A stretch of 64,000 nucleotides of DNA from the NCBI GenBank assembly GCA_951406725.2, contig OX597826.1, forward strand, positions 18,228,001 to 18,292,000, given 5' to 3'. Shown piece by piece: positions 42,037 to 55,997 of this stretch. A program made the position numbers and the translations under genes. Numbering within the stretch: the stretch's first letter is position 1; each line of letters begins with the position of its first letter. The notes under the pieces are model-generated. The model ran no database searches. It was not told the origin of the DNA and saw nothing but the letters and a program-made list of their open reading frames with translations. Source of the DNA: Octopus vulgaris (lineage: Eukaryota).

Positions 42037-42691
42037 CTAGAGTTAGTAGACAGACAAACAGAGAAATAAGTACATGATGTGGGTGTTAATAACAACAACA
42101 ACAATAACAATAGCAAAACAATGAAAACACAACAACTGTAATAATAAACAACTGTAGAAAGCAACGATATAAATAAACAAGTACAATGGCTAATGTATTA
42201 ATATAATAGAGAACTGGTAAGTAATACATAACAAACAAATTGATTTTATTTAAGTTCTCAAAACATCAATATATACATACATATACACATATATGTATGT
42301 ATGTATCTATGTCTGTATGTGTGTGTGTATATATATAAATATATATATACATATATATATATATATTTATATATAAATTTATACGTATATATGTATGTAT
42401 GTATATATATGTGTGTATGTGTTTGTGTGTGTGTATTCATATATAAATTTATATATATATATATATATATACACACATAAATATATATATATATATATAA
42501 ATATATATAAATTTATATTTATATATATACATATATGTATATATGTATATAGATATATATATATATATATATATATGTGTGTATATAAATATATACATAT
42601 ATAAAAATTAATATATATATATATATATATATAATATATATATGTGTGGGTGTGTGTGTATATATATATAGAGAGATAGATAGATAGATAA

Positions 42692-42735
<44 letters not shown>

Positions 42736-43297
42736 TTATGTTTATATATATATATGTCTGTAACTTAGCATCAGTTCCTTACATGTTCTTTAGTATATGA
42801 TAAGAGAGAGAGGAAATATGACTTAGTGGTGTTCATGACTTTACTAGTTGCCATTGTAAACAAACTGGTCACACCCAGTAAGTGACATTGGGGTATGAAC
42901 TCAGATTACCAGGAACTTATCTCTATTTTACATTGCTTGCCACAATGTATCCTTTAATAATATTTTTTAAAAATCTAAGCATGAAGCATTACAAGAAAAA
43001 TAAAAAATATACATAGATTAGTAATAAACAATATAAAACAAATGATACATATGTATAGCAACAGAATATGAATTAATAATAAATAATAGAAATGATACAC
43101 ACAGAAATACATATATCAGTTGTGTGTTTATGTATATGTGTGTGTGTGTTTGTGTGTGTGAATGCATACACAATGAAGATAATACATAAATATTATATTC
43201 ATGCATATACATATATATGTGTGCGTGTGTGTGTGTGTATGTATGTATGTATGTATGTATGTATGTATGTATGTATGTATGTATGCATGTATGTATG

Positions 43298-43330
<33 letters not shown>

Positions 43331-43341
43331 CTGTATGTATG

Positions 43342-43375
<34 letters not shown>

Positions 43376-43554
43376 TGTATATATGTATGTATATATGTAT
43401 GTATGCATGTATGTATGTATGTATGTATGTGTGTGTGTATGTATGTATGTATGTATGTATATATGTATGTATGCATGTATATATGTATGTATATATGTAT
43501 GTATGTGTGTATGTATGCATGCATGCATGTATGTATGTATGGTATATATGTATG

Positions 43555-43588
<34 letters not shown>

Positions 43589-43695
43589 TGTATGTATGTA
43601 TGTATGTATGTATGTATGTATGTATGTATGTATGTGCGTATGTGTGTGTGTGTGTGTGTGTAGTAATATATGATACAAATAATACATGAAAATAG

Positions 43696-43755
<60 letters not shown>

Positions 43756-44589
43756 TGGAAACATATGATAAAAAGCAAACAACAAACACTAAAACAACAA
43801 CTTAAAACAAAAAAGCAAGTTTTATAACACAACAAATATCAACAATATACAGATTTAATGATACATGGAACAGGGAACAAATACATTAGCAATACAGAAA
43901 TTAATGATAAACATCATCATCATCATCATCATCTGTTTTGAAGCTGTTATTGTCTGGTCAGATCTGCAATGCAGTGTTTGTGAAGCCTAATATTCTCCGG
44001 TCTAATCAAACTTTTTTTCACTTCAAGTTTTATTGGGGTTAGTTATTGTGTGTATCTCAACCTTAGAAAAGGTACACCAAGTCGTTACATGTTGTAAGAA
44101 ATGATTAAAAGAGCTGACAACAGAAACGGTATTTGACTGTGAAATGTTGCCTCGGGGAAAAATATGGAAAAGTGAATGTGAAATATTGATGATGATCAAT
44201 TCATTTGGGTTCTGTCATTGCCACCCTACACTATAAAATCAGTGAACCAATTATTCCAGTATACACCATTTATGTAATACACTTTATATACACTTGTGTA
44301 CTTAAAGGAAGTATTTCATATTCTGTCTGTTTCTCAGGGTTTATTACATTTGTGTACAGGTCTTATCAACATTACCCACCCAGGAGACCATTCAGAACTT
44401 ATTCAAAACTCACTGCCCACTTTTAACTGCCACACAAATACCACATTTGCTGATTTTAGTCTAATCAGTAACTGTCAACTCCTTTGTATTCAGTAAAAAT
44501 TAAAGAAGTATAATAAATAGTTTTCAAATGGGAATTGAAACTGGGTCTCTTGGTCACAGTTCACTGGGAACTAAAATGTTACTTTATAG

Positions 44590-44832
44590 CAGTGATTCTC
44601 AACCGTCTTTTACCTATGGACCCCTTTGATAATTTTGTTTTTCACACATTAACTCGTGTAATTTTAATTATGTTAAACATTAGAGAAAGATATCTAGCTG
44701 TTTTTTGCAATAAATACATCCAAAGCAAAATATTTTCCGGGACCCCTAAAATACTACTGTAGCTCACCAATTTACTATTTTGTTCCTGTGGACACCCAAA
44801 ATTCTTATATGGACCCCAGTTGAGAACTGCTG
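44590..44832. mobile_element. hAT-type MITE
   Basis: TIRs cagtgattctcaac / gttgagaactgctg, 8-bp TSD ctttatag / ctctatag. Confidence 0.8.
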
Positions 44833-45405
44833 CTCTATAGCATACACGAATGAATAGTCTAGATGTATAAATGGTTGGTCATGGTGGTTAACACTTCTTA
44901 GTCACAATGTTTTCATAAGCCAGTCAAAATAGGAAAAAGTCTGGTTTCACTCTATGAAGACTAACTGCAGTTACAAGAAAACCTGAAGAGACAAATTAAA
45001 GGACTTATTGAGAAGGTTGCAATGCATGTGAACTCAAAAACTCAGTGTTTTGTTATGAACAATGAAATACTGACATCTAGTATGGGCATGAAAGTTCTCA
45101 ACAGAAGAAGAGAGTAAATAAAAATGGTGAAGATTTTTAAGGATAAAAAAGTGGTGAAAGTTTCTAGGGGTATAAAAAGAGGATTCTTGATAAGAATAAT
45201 TCAAAACTGCAGTGAGATACACATAGTTAAAGGAACAAAATATAAAAGGTGTAATATAAATAAATAAAAAAAAAAAGAGAAAAGACTTGTTCAGGGAATA
45301 CATCAAACTAGTATGAATATATATCCTGACAAGTAATGCAATTAACACAGGAAATTAGTATGTAGAAACAGTTACATATGTATTGTTTTTTAACTATGTT
45401 GACTG

Positions 45406-45445
<40 letters not shown>

Positions 45446-47199
45446 CACACACACATAATGGGCTTCCATACAGTTTTCATTTCAGCCTGTTAAATTTCAC
45501 TCATAAACCATTAGTCAGCCTGAAGCTATAATAGAAGACACTTGACCAATTTGCCATAAAATGGAATGGAAATTTAAAGCATATAATTGTGAGGTGAACC
45601 TCTTAACCATCCAACCATTCCAGCATCTATAATATATGGATGAATGTAGTACATATGCACGCATAATGTATATATATATATAGGTATGTGTGTACCAGGG
45701 GGAATATGTTTATGTATAAGTGCTTATATGAAAGTGGATATACACACAAGCACCCTTATACATGAGTGTCAAGCGGTTAAGAAGTTTGCTTTGCAATGAC
45801 AAGGTCTTGGGTTCACTACCAAGTGTTTTCTGACATAGACTTGGGTTTACTTAAACTTTGTGATTTAAGATAGGCAGGAAAACTTTTGAAGCACATCAAA
45901 TGGACAGCTTTAGTCATTCAAGGTCAATCTTGATCATACACTGTCATACTAATTCTACCTGTTTATGTTAACAGTACAAGTCTATATGGAATGCATAAAG
46001 ATATTAGCATTAGCAATCAGATACCATCACTTGAGATACTTGGCTGGGCAAAACATTCCGTTGATATTAAAACTGACAACATCCTAACTCCAACTGGAAA
46101 GTTCCACAGAAACAGTATTATTGACAAGCTTTTTCTTAAATGTAATATCTAAAGGAGAAGCCAGACATTCTTTGTTGTTGGTGATAATGTTTAGCTTAGA
46201 TCATTCTCATTGATCAAAAGCATTCAAGCCATGATTCTCTTGTCTTTTTGTACGCCACACATTTCCTATATTTAAGATATATAGAGTGGGATTGGAGTGG
46301 AATTGGCTGTTATTTCTGGTAACTCTATAGAGGCTCTTTTGTTAGCTTGAATTTGTATCAGGTATCATACAAACATCACCTGATAAATACATCAATCAAG
46401 ATGGAATCAAGGATTTCTTCATTGACATGAAATCTGCTAGAAATAACAAGTAAATCTCCCTAAATCACTCTGTCCTTCATAATGTTCCATACAGTTTCAT
46501 ACATCTACTTCACTACTAAAAAAATTTCTTAGAAACTTGAAAATAACACCAATACTAATAGCACATACAGCCTCTCTTGAACTAAAGACTATTACAGCAT
46601 AATATGTTTTTTTTATTTTGAAGGTTATACTTCTGTAATGCCAGAACAACAAAATAACTGTTGAAGAAAATAAATGAAACCCAGAATCTTCATATTGTAA
46701 GAAGAGTTTTTGTAGTTACTTGAAGCATTGTGATACAGGAGCAAAATAATATATAATGAAGATGGAGAGCTTTTAACAATGTGAATAAGGAAAGTTAAGT
46801 AACTGTTATATATTTCAGGCACAACTGCACATTATCTGAAGTATGTGTCTCAGAAATGGAAGTTTACACAGATCCTACCCTATTGATTACCATACAGGCA
46901 ATTCACTTCACTTCTGATGATGGTCCTTAGATCTTGAAATGTATAAAAGTTACTTAACCTTCCATTTTTACATCGTTAGAAACTCTTCCTCATTATTTGT
47001 TATTTTACATCAAAATGTTTTGAGACACCTGATGCTTATTTATGATCAGCAGGTGCCCTAATATATCCTCAAGGTATTGCTTCCTATTAGACATGTCTTT
47101 TGCTCAAACAATATTCATTGCCATCTATCAAAAATAACTACACTCAGATAAATAGAAAACAGATTTTTAATGTTGGTTGATATGTTTAACCACAGGCCA

Positions 47200-48000
47200 T
47201 ATCAGCATAGCATTTCTGAAAAATATTTTTGTAGCATAAACAATTAGTTTGGATTATATCATTTGGGTTATGTCTTTCTGAGACTTTCCATTTCCTCTTG
47301 ACAAAGTAATTTCTCCATGTTGATGTTAGTGACTGAGAAGGCCAAATCTCAGAGGAAATAGATGGAAACAACTCTTTGTCTTTTGACTTCAAAAAACGTC
47401 AGTTCCAGTGATGGAAATGCTACAGCTTTTTGACATCCCAATGATAAAGTTTCAGTGTTTCATAAGCATATAATAATGCTGAGATGACAACAACTTAATA
47501 AACCATCAGTTTCATTTTGGTAGGTAAAATATTTGTTCTTGAAACTTGAATGGGCTGATCCTATTCTGTGTTCCACATCCTTTTCGGAAGCACATTTGTT
47601 AGAAAGAATCCATTCAAGAAAGGGGAAAATGGTTAACGTTTCAATGAGATGTATCAGGTGATTTTGAAACCAGGAAGGTTAGGTTTTGGAGAAGTTTGGG
47701 TGAGAACTTTAGTCTTCTTGTTATTCTCTGAAGCCTAAAAATCATAAGTACTGATGAAATTGTAGACTAGTTTCTGGAGATCCTAATGTATGTGACAAGG
47801 AATAGAATTGTCATCGATATATTGAAACTTTAAGATGTTGATAAGTTGATGGGAGTGAAATCTGGATTTATTAAATAGTTTACCTTCAAAACAATATCTG
47901 ATGTCAACAACTGAATTGCATAGAGGAAGGTTCTAAGATTGTCACAGCCAACTATAAGAAGAGTATCGGTGCAGAACTACAGCCTTGCTTCATTCCACAA
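47200..48000 (-). mobile_element. Decayed RTE-like reverse transcriptase fragment
   Basis: Minus strand INILKFQYIDDNSIPCH...DLQKLV...NNKKTKVLTQ resembles the YADD-region of RTE RT. Confidence 0.55.
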
Positions 48001-48165
48001 GTAATAAGGAGCTGTATAGAATATTTGTTTTGATGAAAAACACAATCTGACATGCAGTCATGTTTAAACACAAGACCAATGGAATAATCAACTGCTGACT
48101 GAATGTGAATATTTCATTGTAAATTAGTGAATAAGCATATAAATACATCTCTCTTTCCCTGTCTA

Positions 48166-48237
<72 letters not shown>

Positions 48238-48259
48238 TATATATATATGTATGTATGTA

Positions 48260-48290
<31 letters not shown>

Positions 48291-48379
48291 ATATATATAT
48301 GTGTATGTATATATATATATATATGTATATGTATATATATGTATATATGTATATATATATGTATATATATATATATATA

Positions 48380-48465
<86 letters not shown>

Positions 48466-48484
48466 TATACATATATATATATAT

Positions 48485-48690
48485 ATGGAGTTAATCCAAA
48501 CATGAAAACACAAAGAGAAAACACAACAACGCGAGGACGTGGAACAAATATAGTATTATTGGACGCTCAGGAAGGAAGGGAAGAAGGAGGGTTTAACGTT
48601 TCGAGCAGAGCTCTTTGTCAGAAACATAGGAAAAGGAAAAATCCAGAGAAGATAAGACAGAGGCCAAAAAATCGCCAACGGTACACACGC
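48485..48690 (-). mobile_element. Short element with a minimal hammerhead-like motif, inserted in (TA)n
   Basis: 48625-48591 reads GTTT CTGACAA A GAGC tct GCTC GAAA CG TT AAAC. Confidence 0.6.
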
Positions 48691-48781
48691 GTGCATATAT
48701 ATATGTGTGCATGTATATATATATGAATGTATATATATATGTATATATAAATATGTATATATATGTATATATATATATATA

Positions 48782-48815
<34 letters not shown>

Positions 48816-49220
48816 CACATACTAGACTACCCATTACCAATAGGGCCACCAATAGTTCAAGGTAACTGAAAAATCTGTGCATCTCGGGAATCCATGGTCT
48901 GATTTACATGGAACTTCTGTTGGTTCATGTGTTTTCACATTTCAATGGTACCTTGCTTTCAAAGAATTTCCCCCATTATACGCCAGTTTGGCTATTTATA
49001 AGAATACCTGCAAAAACCACATATCTTGGTAACTCATAGTTCGATTTACACAAAACTTGTTTTCTTGCATTTGTATTCCCATGAGCATCCGATTCACAGC
49101 ATCTGCTTTTGTCTCTTTCTCTCTACTTCGCCAGAGACTCAGCTTTCCAACTGTCCAATTTCTGATCTCTCCTGCTTCTGTCTCTTTCCCTCTGAAGACT
49201 CAAGTGCATACTTCTAATAT

Positions 49221-49482
49221 TCTTTTATTCTTTTACTTGTTTCAGTCATTTGACTGTGGCCATGCTGGAGCACCACCTTTAGTTGAACAAATCGACCCCA
49301 GGACTTATTCTTTGTAAGCCTAGTACTTATTCTATCAGTCTCTTTTGCCAATCCACTAAGTTACAGGGACATGAACACACAAACAGACACACACACACAC
49401 ACATACACACACATACACACACACACACATATACGAGGGGCTTCTTTCAGTTTCTGTCTGCCAAATCCATTCACAAGGCTTT
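49221..49482 (-). mobile_element. tRNA-derived SINE (family A), head missing
   Basis: Tail and body match the other family A copies. Confidence 0.8.
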
Positions 49483-49580
49483 TATCAGTGGCCAGCATAT
49501 GCAAAATGCCTTTTAAGGTGAAATAATTTTATAATTATTTATAATTGTATGTATATATATATGCATGTATATATATATGC

Positions 49581-49619
<39 letters not shown>

Positions 49620-50459
49620 CACACACACACACATATATATATATACACATATATATATATATATATGTATATATATACAGAGAGAGAGAGAGAGGCAGAC
49701 AGGCAGACAGACACACACATACACAAGCACACACACGCACACACACATGCAGGAAAAGTTTTTTTCACACAAGTAGAAATACAAAGAAAACAAAGGTTGA
49801 AATGCTATGGAGCCTGTAAAAAGATTTATTTACATTGACTTAAGCAGATTCACAGTTTCATGATATCCAGACTTAGTGTGCGATAGAAGGACAAGGGTTA
49901 TATTGCATTTGACTTAACTCTGACTCGACTTGTCATTTTAATAGAAGGCTAATGGTTCAAACTGACATTAACTAAGATGCAATTTGGTTGATTAAAGTTG
50001 ATCACAATGTCAAGGAGTCATGTGACTGCATGAATAATTGTTGCACTAGGGTTTAAGCCTTGTATCAAGCCAGTGTATGTCATGTGACATCATGGACAAC
50101 AATTGCATGTTATATTCATGTAATAGATCATGTAACAACATGGAGAATGACTGCACTAAAAGTCAAGGCTGTGTTAATCCAGTGATTTTGTCATGAATGA
50201 TAGTATGAATGAAAGGTTGTCAGAATAGAGAAATAAAAATAGAGAAGCAGCTTGTTTGTGTATATGGCTGTCTTTGTGTTTCTGTATGAGAATGTGAATT
50301 ACAATAGTGTTATATCTCTAGCGGTAATATGTATCCCCACTTAATCATTATATACTTTGCTGTAGTATATACCATGAGAGAAATTATCATACTGGCTTTT
50401 GGTGCAAAATGCACTTTTGTTTACATTGCTAGCAGGTAGATAGATCCCTCCCATCTCTA

Positions 50460-51895
50460 GTGCTGAGACCAACAGATCACGTGATTTCAACCTGCCTTGG
50501 TCTCATCAACGATGGACTTTTGACTGCTCCTGCTACATATGTTGTTGTAGTTTATTCAGTTTAGTTTGTATTTCCTAATAAATATATTTTCTTTATTTGT
50601 CCATATTTTATCCATAGTTTTGTTGAAACAAAAGCAAAGTGGGATGGTTAGGAATTTTGGTGATTTGTTTGTTGCACATAAGTCTAAATGTTTACTTAGA
50701 GGAATTTGTCAGGCTTTAAGATCTTGTATTTGTTGCCTATAAATATTGTGCTTGTCTCTCAAGGTAAGATTGGCTTGCACTATTTAATCTTCATTACAAC
50801 CATTACATTTAACACTACACTTTAAGTCTTTGACAAACAGGTGAAGCAATTTTTTACTGAGAAAATATTCCTGGCTTTAATTTATATGTCTTCTATAAAG
50901 TTAAATTAGAATGACCACATTTTTTGATTATTGGTGTTGCGTTTATAGTAGGTAATTTTAGTGCTGGTAAGTAAATAATTTTTTTAAAGCATTTTGGCTC
51001 TGTGTTATTATGCAAGATAGATTATTTGGTGTATTTTAATCATTTTTTTTGTTCTTTGTCATTCTTAGACTGGTTTTCGTCTAAGTTACAGACATTGATG
51101 CTGTACGTTAGTCTAGATTGTTCATGTATTTGGACTTCTAGGTATGCCATGACAAAATTGGTTTAAGTTGGGGTAACCTTTGTTTCCATCACAGTCTCTG
51201 ATATTTGTAAATTCTACCATAAAAGTTGAAAAAATATTTTACTGGATGAATTTAATTCCTTAAGTAATCAAATAATTTCTATTCAGTCTAGGATTTTATC
51301 AAAGAATTTTTTCAAAGCAGAATTATATGGCTTGTAGTCTGTGGCTGAGTGGTATAGTATATTATAGAGGCTTACATCTCTGATAGTGCTTTGTTAACTT
51401 TTTTCTAGAGATGGTTTAACAGGTCCAAGCCCCATGTTATAAATCTTGATATATGTTCCAAAATGAGTTTCAGCAGTATGTCTACAAAGTTGCTGAGTCA
51501 CTCATGCTGCTACAACTGAGCTTAATTTGAGGTTGTTGGGGTGTTTACACACATTGAGGTTGATTATTTTACAAGTGTCTTACACTGCTTTACTCTTGTG
51601 AATTGTAGGGAGTCTGTACAGATTGCTGGTTTTACATTCAAAGTTTAAGTAATTGCATTCCTTGTTTGTTAAGCTGTTTCAGGGTACATTAATAAAGGTG
51701 CTAAGTTTCTTCGTTGTTTTTGGTGGTTGGTGATTATTTATCTTTTCATAATAGGTAGTGTCTAGTAGTAGAGATAATGTAGTATCTTTGTAGTATGCAA
51801 TATCCATAATTATTACAGCTCTTCCTTTATCTAATTCTTTAATATTGATATCATTATTATTTGTGGTTTCAAGGATAATTTCCCAATCCTTTCAA
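50460..51895 (-). mobile_element. Decayed Penelope-like retroelement fragment with a hammerhead-like motif at its 3' side
   Basis: NNDINIKELDKGRAVIIMDIAYYKDTTLSLLLDTTYYEK matches the PLE pre-RT DKG motif. TTGATGA GACC...GGTT GAAA TCACGTGA TC at 50509-50475. Confidence 0.65.
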
Positions 51896-52065
51896 CTGTA
51901 GGCACAGGAGTGGCTGTGTGGTAAGTAGCTTGCTTACCAACCACATGGTTCAGGGTTCAGTCCCACTGCATAGCACCTTGGGCAACTGTCTTCTACTATA
52001 GCCTCGAGCCGACCAAAGCCTTGTGAGTGGATTTGGTAGACAGACACTGAAAGAAGCCCGTCGTA

Positions 52066-52129
<64 letters not shown>

Positions 52130-52131
<2 letters not shown>

Positions 52132-52450
52132 AGGGCGCGTGGCTTAGTGGTTAGGGCATTCGGCTCATGATCGTAAGGTTGTGAGTTCGATTCCTGGCGA
52201 CGCGTTGTGTCCTTGAGCAAGACACTTTATTGCACGTTGCTCCAGTCCACTCAGCTGGCAAAAATGAGTTGTACTTGTATTTCAAAGGGTCAACCTTGTC
52301 ACTCTATGTGTCACGCTGATTATTCCCGAGAACTACGTTAAGGGTACACGTGTCTGTGGAATGCTCAGCCATTTGCACGTTAATTTTACGAGCAAGCTGT
52401 TCCGTTGATCGTATCATCTGGGACCCTCGTCGTCGTAACCTGCGGAGTCT
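52130..52450 (+). mobile_element. tRNA-derived SINE (family C), young, nested
   Basis: A box tggcttagtgg, B box gttcgattcc, CORE-like gtgtccttgagcaagacact, CpG-rich. Confidence 0.85.
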
Positions 52451-52455
52451 TTTAA

Positions 52456-52530
<75 letters not shown>

Positions 52531-52533
<3 letters not shown>

Positions 52534-52832
52534 CGCAATGGCCTAGTGGTTAGGGCAGCGGACTCGCGGTCGTAGGATCGCGGTTTCAATTCCCAGACCG
52601 GGCGTTGTGTGTGTTTATTGAGCGAAAACACCTAAAAGCTCCACGAGGCTCCGGCAGGGGCTGGTGATCCCTGCTGTACTCTTTCACCACTCTTTCTCCC
52701 ACTCTTTCTTCTGTTGGCCTGCTCGCTTAGCCAGCGGGGTGGCGTCATTCGAAGGCTAAAACAATGCGAACGCATTGTGACCAGCGATGTGTAACAACAT
52801 CTGATGGTGTGGTTGGTCACGTGATCACGTGA
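52531..52832 (+). mobile_element. tRNA-derived SINE (family D), young, nested
   Basis: ggcgcaatggcctagtggttagggcagcggactcgcggtcgtaggatcgcggtttcaattccc head, ends in gtcacgtgatcacgtga. Confidence 0.85.
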
Positions 52833-53199
52833 TATATATATATATATGTATGTATGTGTGTGTATATGTTTGTGTGTGTATATGTTTGTGTGTGTGTGTT
52901 TGTCCCCCAACATCACTTGACAACCGATGCTGGTGTGTTTACATCCCCATAACTTAGTACTAGGCTTACAAAGAATAAGTCCTGTGGTCGATTTGCTCAA
53001 TTGACTAAAGGCGGTGCTCCAGCATGGCCACAGCCAAATGACTGAAACAAGTATCAAATTTAGATTTAGAGCATGGTTGTTTATGATTTGAGAAATTAGG
53101 TATAAAATCACAAAAATTGCAACTTTGAATTTTGGAGCTGAAATGTTACAGCAAAGAAGAAATATATGAAAAGTGGCTTAATGTTATTCTGATGGTCAT

Positions 53200-54362
53200 T
53201 CCTGAGTAAATGTTTTAAAAGAAAAGTTGGCACCAGAAGAAGGTGCTGGTATGGTCATGTGATGCATATAGAGGAAGACAGCTGCGTAAAGAACATAGAC
53301 ACACCTTTATAACATGGAAACATACATTTAGAATTTTTATATTTTGCTCTTATTTGTTTTCCTTTTCTGAAAGTTTATCTAAAGTTTTCCTTCTACACTT
53401 GTTTATTTGTATCCCATAATTGTTACATTTATCAATTCATGGCCTCTGATAACACACTCTGGTTAATCCATGAACTGTCGATATGGACTGAAGTTTGTTC
53501 ACTGGTCATACTCAAATATTTCCACTCTGCATATTGTATTTGTGTTGACATCCAGATGTGGAGGGAACCTCTAGAATAGAAAAATCCAGGAAGATGTGGG
53601 GCAAAGGGATGAGAAATGATCTTAAAATGTTGAGCCTCACAGAGGAGACAACTAAGGATCCTGAAAAGAGCAATTTGCTACGCTTGAGAAGATTCCACCC
53701 AGCTAAGTAAAATCAAGGCCATAAAAGCATGTCCTTTATATTCACGTCTCTTCACAATCTGCAACCTCCCAACAAACAAACCCATCTTTTCAATATCCTC
53801 TTCCCCCACCCATGTTCATAATCTGCTGCATTCCCCCCCCCACTTTCCCACATACCTGCCTACACACGGTATTTTTCCCATTGCATCTTTTCTCCACAAC
53901 ATAACTTCCTAATATCCCCTCCTACCTGTGCCCACTCCATCTACCACTCTCCTTTCACAATCTCATGAACTCACTCACCCTCTCACTGTCACATCTTCAG
54001 CATCTCTCTCTCTCTCTTTCACTCTCCCCTCTCTTGCCACTCTCTCCCCCACCAGAGACAGCCACATTTCCCCTTTAATGCAAGACTCCTTTTCTGTCCC
54101 TCCATTCTACTCTTCCTCAGTTGAGGTATGTGTGTGTGGTAGGTCTTGTCCTGCAAGTTACTTGATGACCTCACTGCTGCTGGTGCCAAATAAAAACCAC
54201 TCAGTACACTCTGTAAAGTGATTGGCATTAGGAAGGGCATCCATCCATAGAAATCATGCCAAAGGAGAATACAGGAATTGGTACAGTCTTCTGACAGTCC
54301 CTGCTGAACTGTCCAACCCATACCAGCATGGAAAACAGAATTAGATGATGATGATGATGATG
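53200..54362 (+). mobile_element. RTE-clade LINE 3' end and 3' UTR, with a ~250-bp insertion
   Basis: CWYGHVMHIEEDSCVK, then KSRKMWGKGMRNDLKMLSLTEETTKD. Tail ggaagggcatcc...ccagcatggaaaac(gat)n is also seen at 3413-3560 and 35500-35640. Confidence 0.65.
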
Positions 54363-54379
54363 ATAATGAGGACTAATGA

Positions 54380-55100
54380 ACTTGAAGAAGGAGAGAGATT
54401 ATTCCAGACAAGCTCAACGCAGAAATCAAACAATTGCAAATAAGGATGAACTCCAATGAACAAAAATTCCCATCAGCTGATAGACAAATGGAAATTAAAA
54501 AAAAACTCACTAAATGAGAATACTGTGAAACTTTGGAGAGAAAAATGTGAAAATGAAAACTTAATATTTCTACAGAAATGAAAGAAAAGAACTAATTGGT
54601 GTAATAATTATGTAACTGAATTTAAAAAAAAAAAGAGAGAATATTAATTTAGAATTATAATTACCAAGGACACAAAAGCAATAACATAAATTTCAGGATA
54701 TTTACACAACATAGCAATCCCAGTAGAAGAATCTAAAGAAACAAGAATCCAAACATCCACAAAGGAACAGGAATTGTAACTCAAGAAATTATTCCAGATG
54801 GAACCAGCCACAATTTAGACCTAAGAATGAACGCTATTACTACAGAAAACTTGATAAAAACAAATAGAAACACTAACAGAATGATAGACATTAAAGGTAA
54901 TTTTTTAGCACCCGTCAATAGACTTTATGACTCCAGGTGGTACATGTGAGAAACCAAAGATGATTAATCTTTCACACAACAACCCTTCAACACAGCAAAT
55001 CCAGGTTCTCTCAAAAAGTTTAAAATTCACTCCAACACCATAACATGCTAACTTCAATGAAACACAGGGAGATATCAAATCATATCTAACAGAAGTAAAA
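54380..55100 (+). mobile_element. Penelope-like element N-terminal remnant
   Basis: INLSHNNPSTQQIQVLSKSLKFTPTP resembles the NLS...L-S-KGLKF-x-PTP motif of PLE ORFs. Confidence 0.55.
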
Positions 55101-55769
55101 TATCTTCTGCAATATATATATATATATATATGTATAAACTTCAGGAAGATAGTTGTTTTAAGCTACAGGTTATAACAGCTACAAGTGAAATTTTGTATCA
55201 CAATTTTTTCTCTATATCTGTTTTTCCTTGAGGCCAGCACTGCATATATTCTCAGAGGAAGTCAGGCAGTTGAATGATTTGTTGGCAGACCACAGAGGCT
55301 AAGGCAGACCACTGAAGATAGTCAATGTAACAAAAACTCAGGGATTTCTTCTGAGAGTTTTGTACCTCTTCTTCAACTACTCTCTGTCATGGAGGTCACC
55401 AAAGAATTCTTCATACAGTATGATTTTGGATTGGGGATTAATCTCCATCCTAGAAATGTATTCTGCTTATCTCAAACTGCCATGCTACTGGTGACTTTAA
55501 CCTCCTGAGGATGTCAATTTTGGGTGATGAATTCACTTCAGGGGATTTTAAAGAATGGTGCCAGAGTAGCACTGCTATAAGAACTCAAGATTCTTAGATG
55601 GGAAACAGCAGGTAGCCCACAACATGGAGCCATAAAAGAGAACTGGTCAGTAAAATGGTTCTGTCCATGCTGAACTTTGTGTAAAGGTGATGAAGGTGCT
55701 AATTGAGAAGATGAAGATGGGGAAGATGAAGATAATAATGATAATGAGTAGGAGGAGAATGGTGGCAAT

Positions 55770-55997
55770 GGTGAGCTGGCAGAAACGTTAGCACTCCGGG
55801 CGAATTGAGTAGTCGTATTTCGTCTGCCGTTACGTTCTGAGTTCAAATTCCGCCGAGGTCGACTTTGCCTTTCATCCTTTTGGGGTCGATAAATTAAGTA
55901 CCAGTTACGCACTGGGGTTCATGTAATCGACTTAATCTGCTTGTCTGTCCTTGTTTGTCTCTTCTGTGTTTAGCCCCTTGTGGGCAGTAGGGAAATA
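55770..55997 (+). mobile_element. tRNA-derived SINE (family B), young copy
   Basis: ggtgagctggcagaaacgttagcac...gagttcaaattccgccgaggtcgactttgcctttcatccttttggggtcgataaattaagtaccag. Confidence 0.88.

Larger units (their letters stand above)
51901..53052 (+). mobile_element. Family A SINE split by two nested SINEs
   Basis: Head at 51901-52065, 3' half at ~52860-53052. Confidence 0.88.

Noticed and set aside
52531-52605. tRNA-like sequence with A/B boxes (also other SINE heads)
   Set aside because: No complete acceptor stem, and it continues into a SINE body; not called as a tRNA gene.
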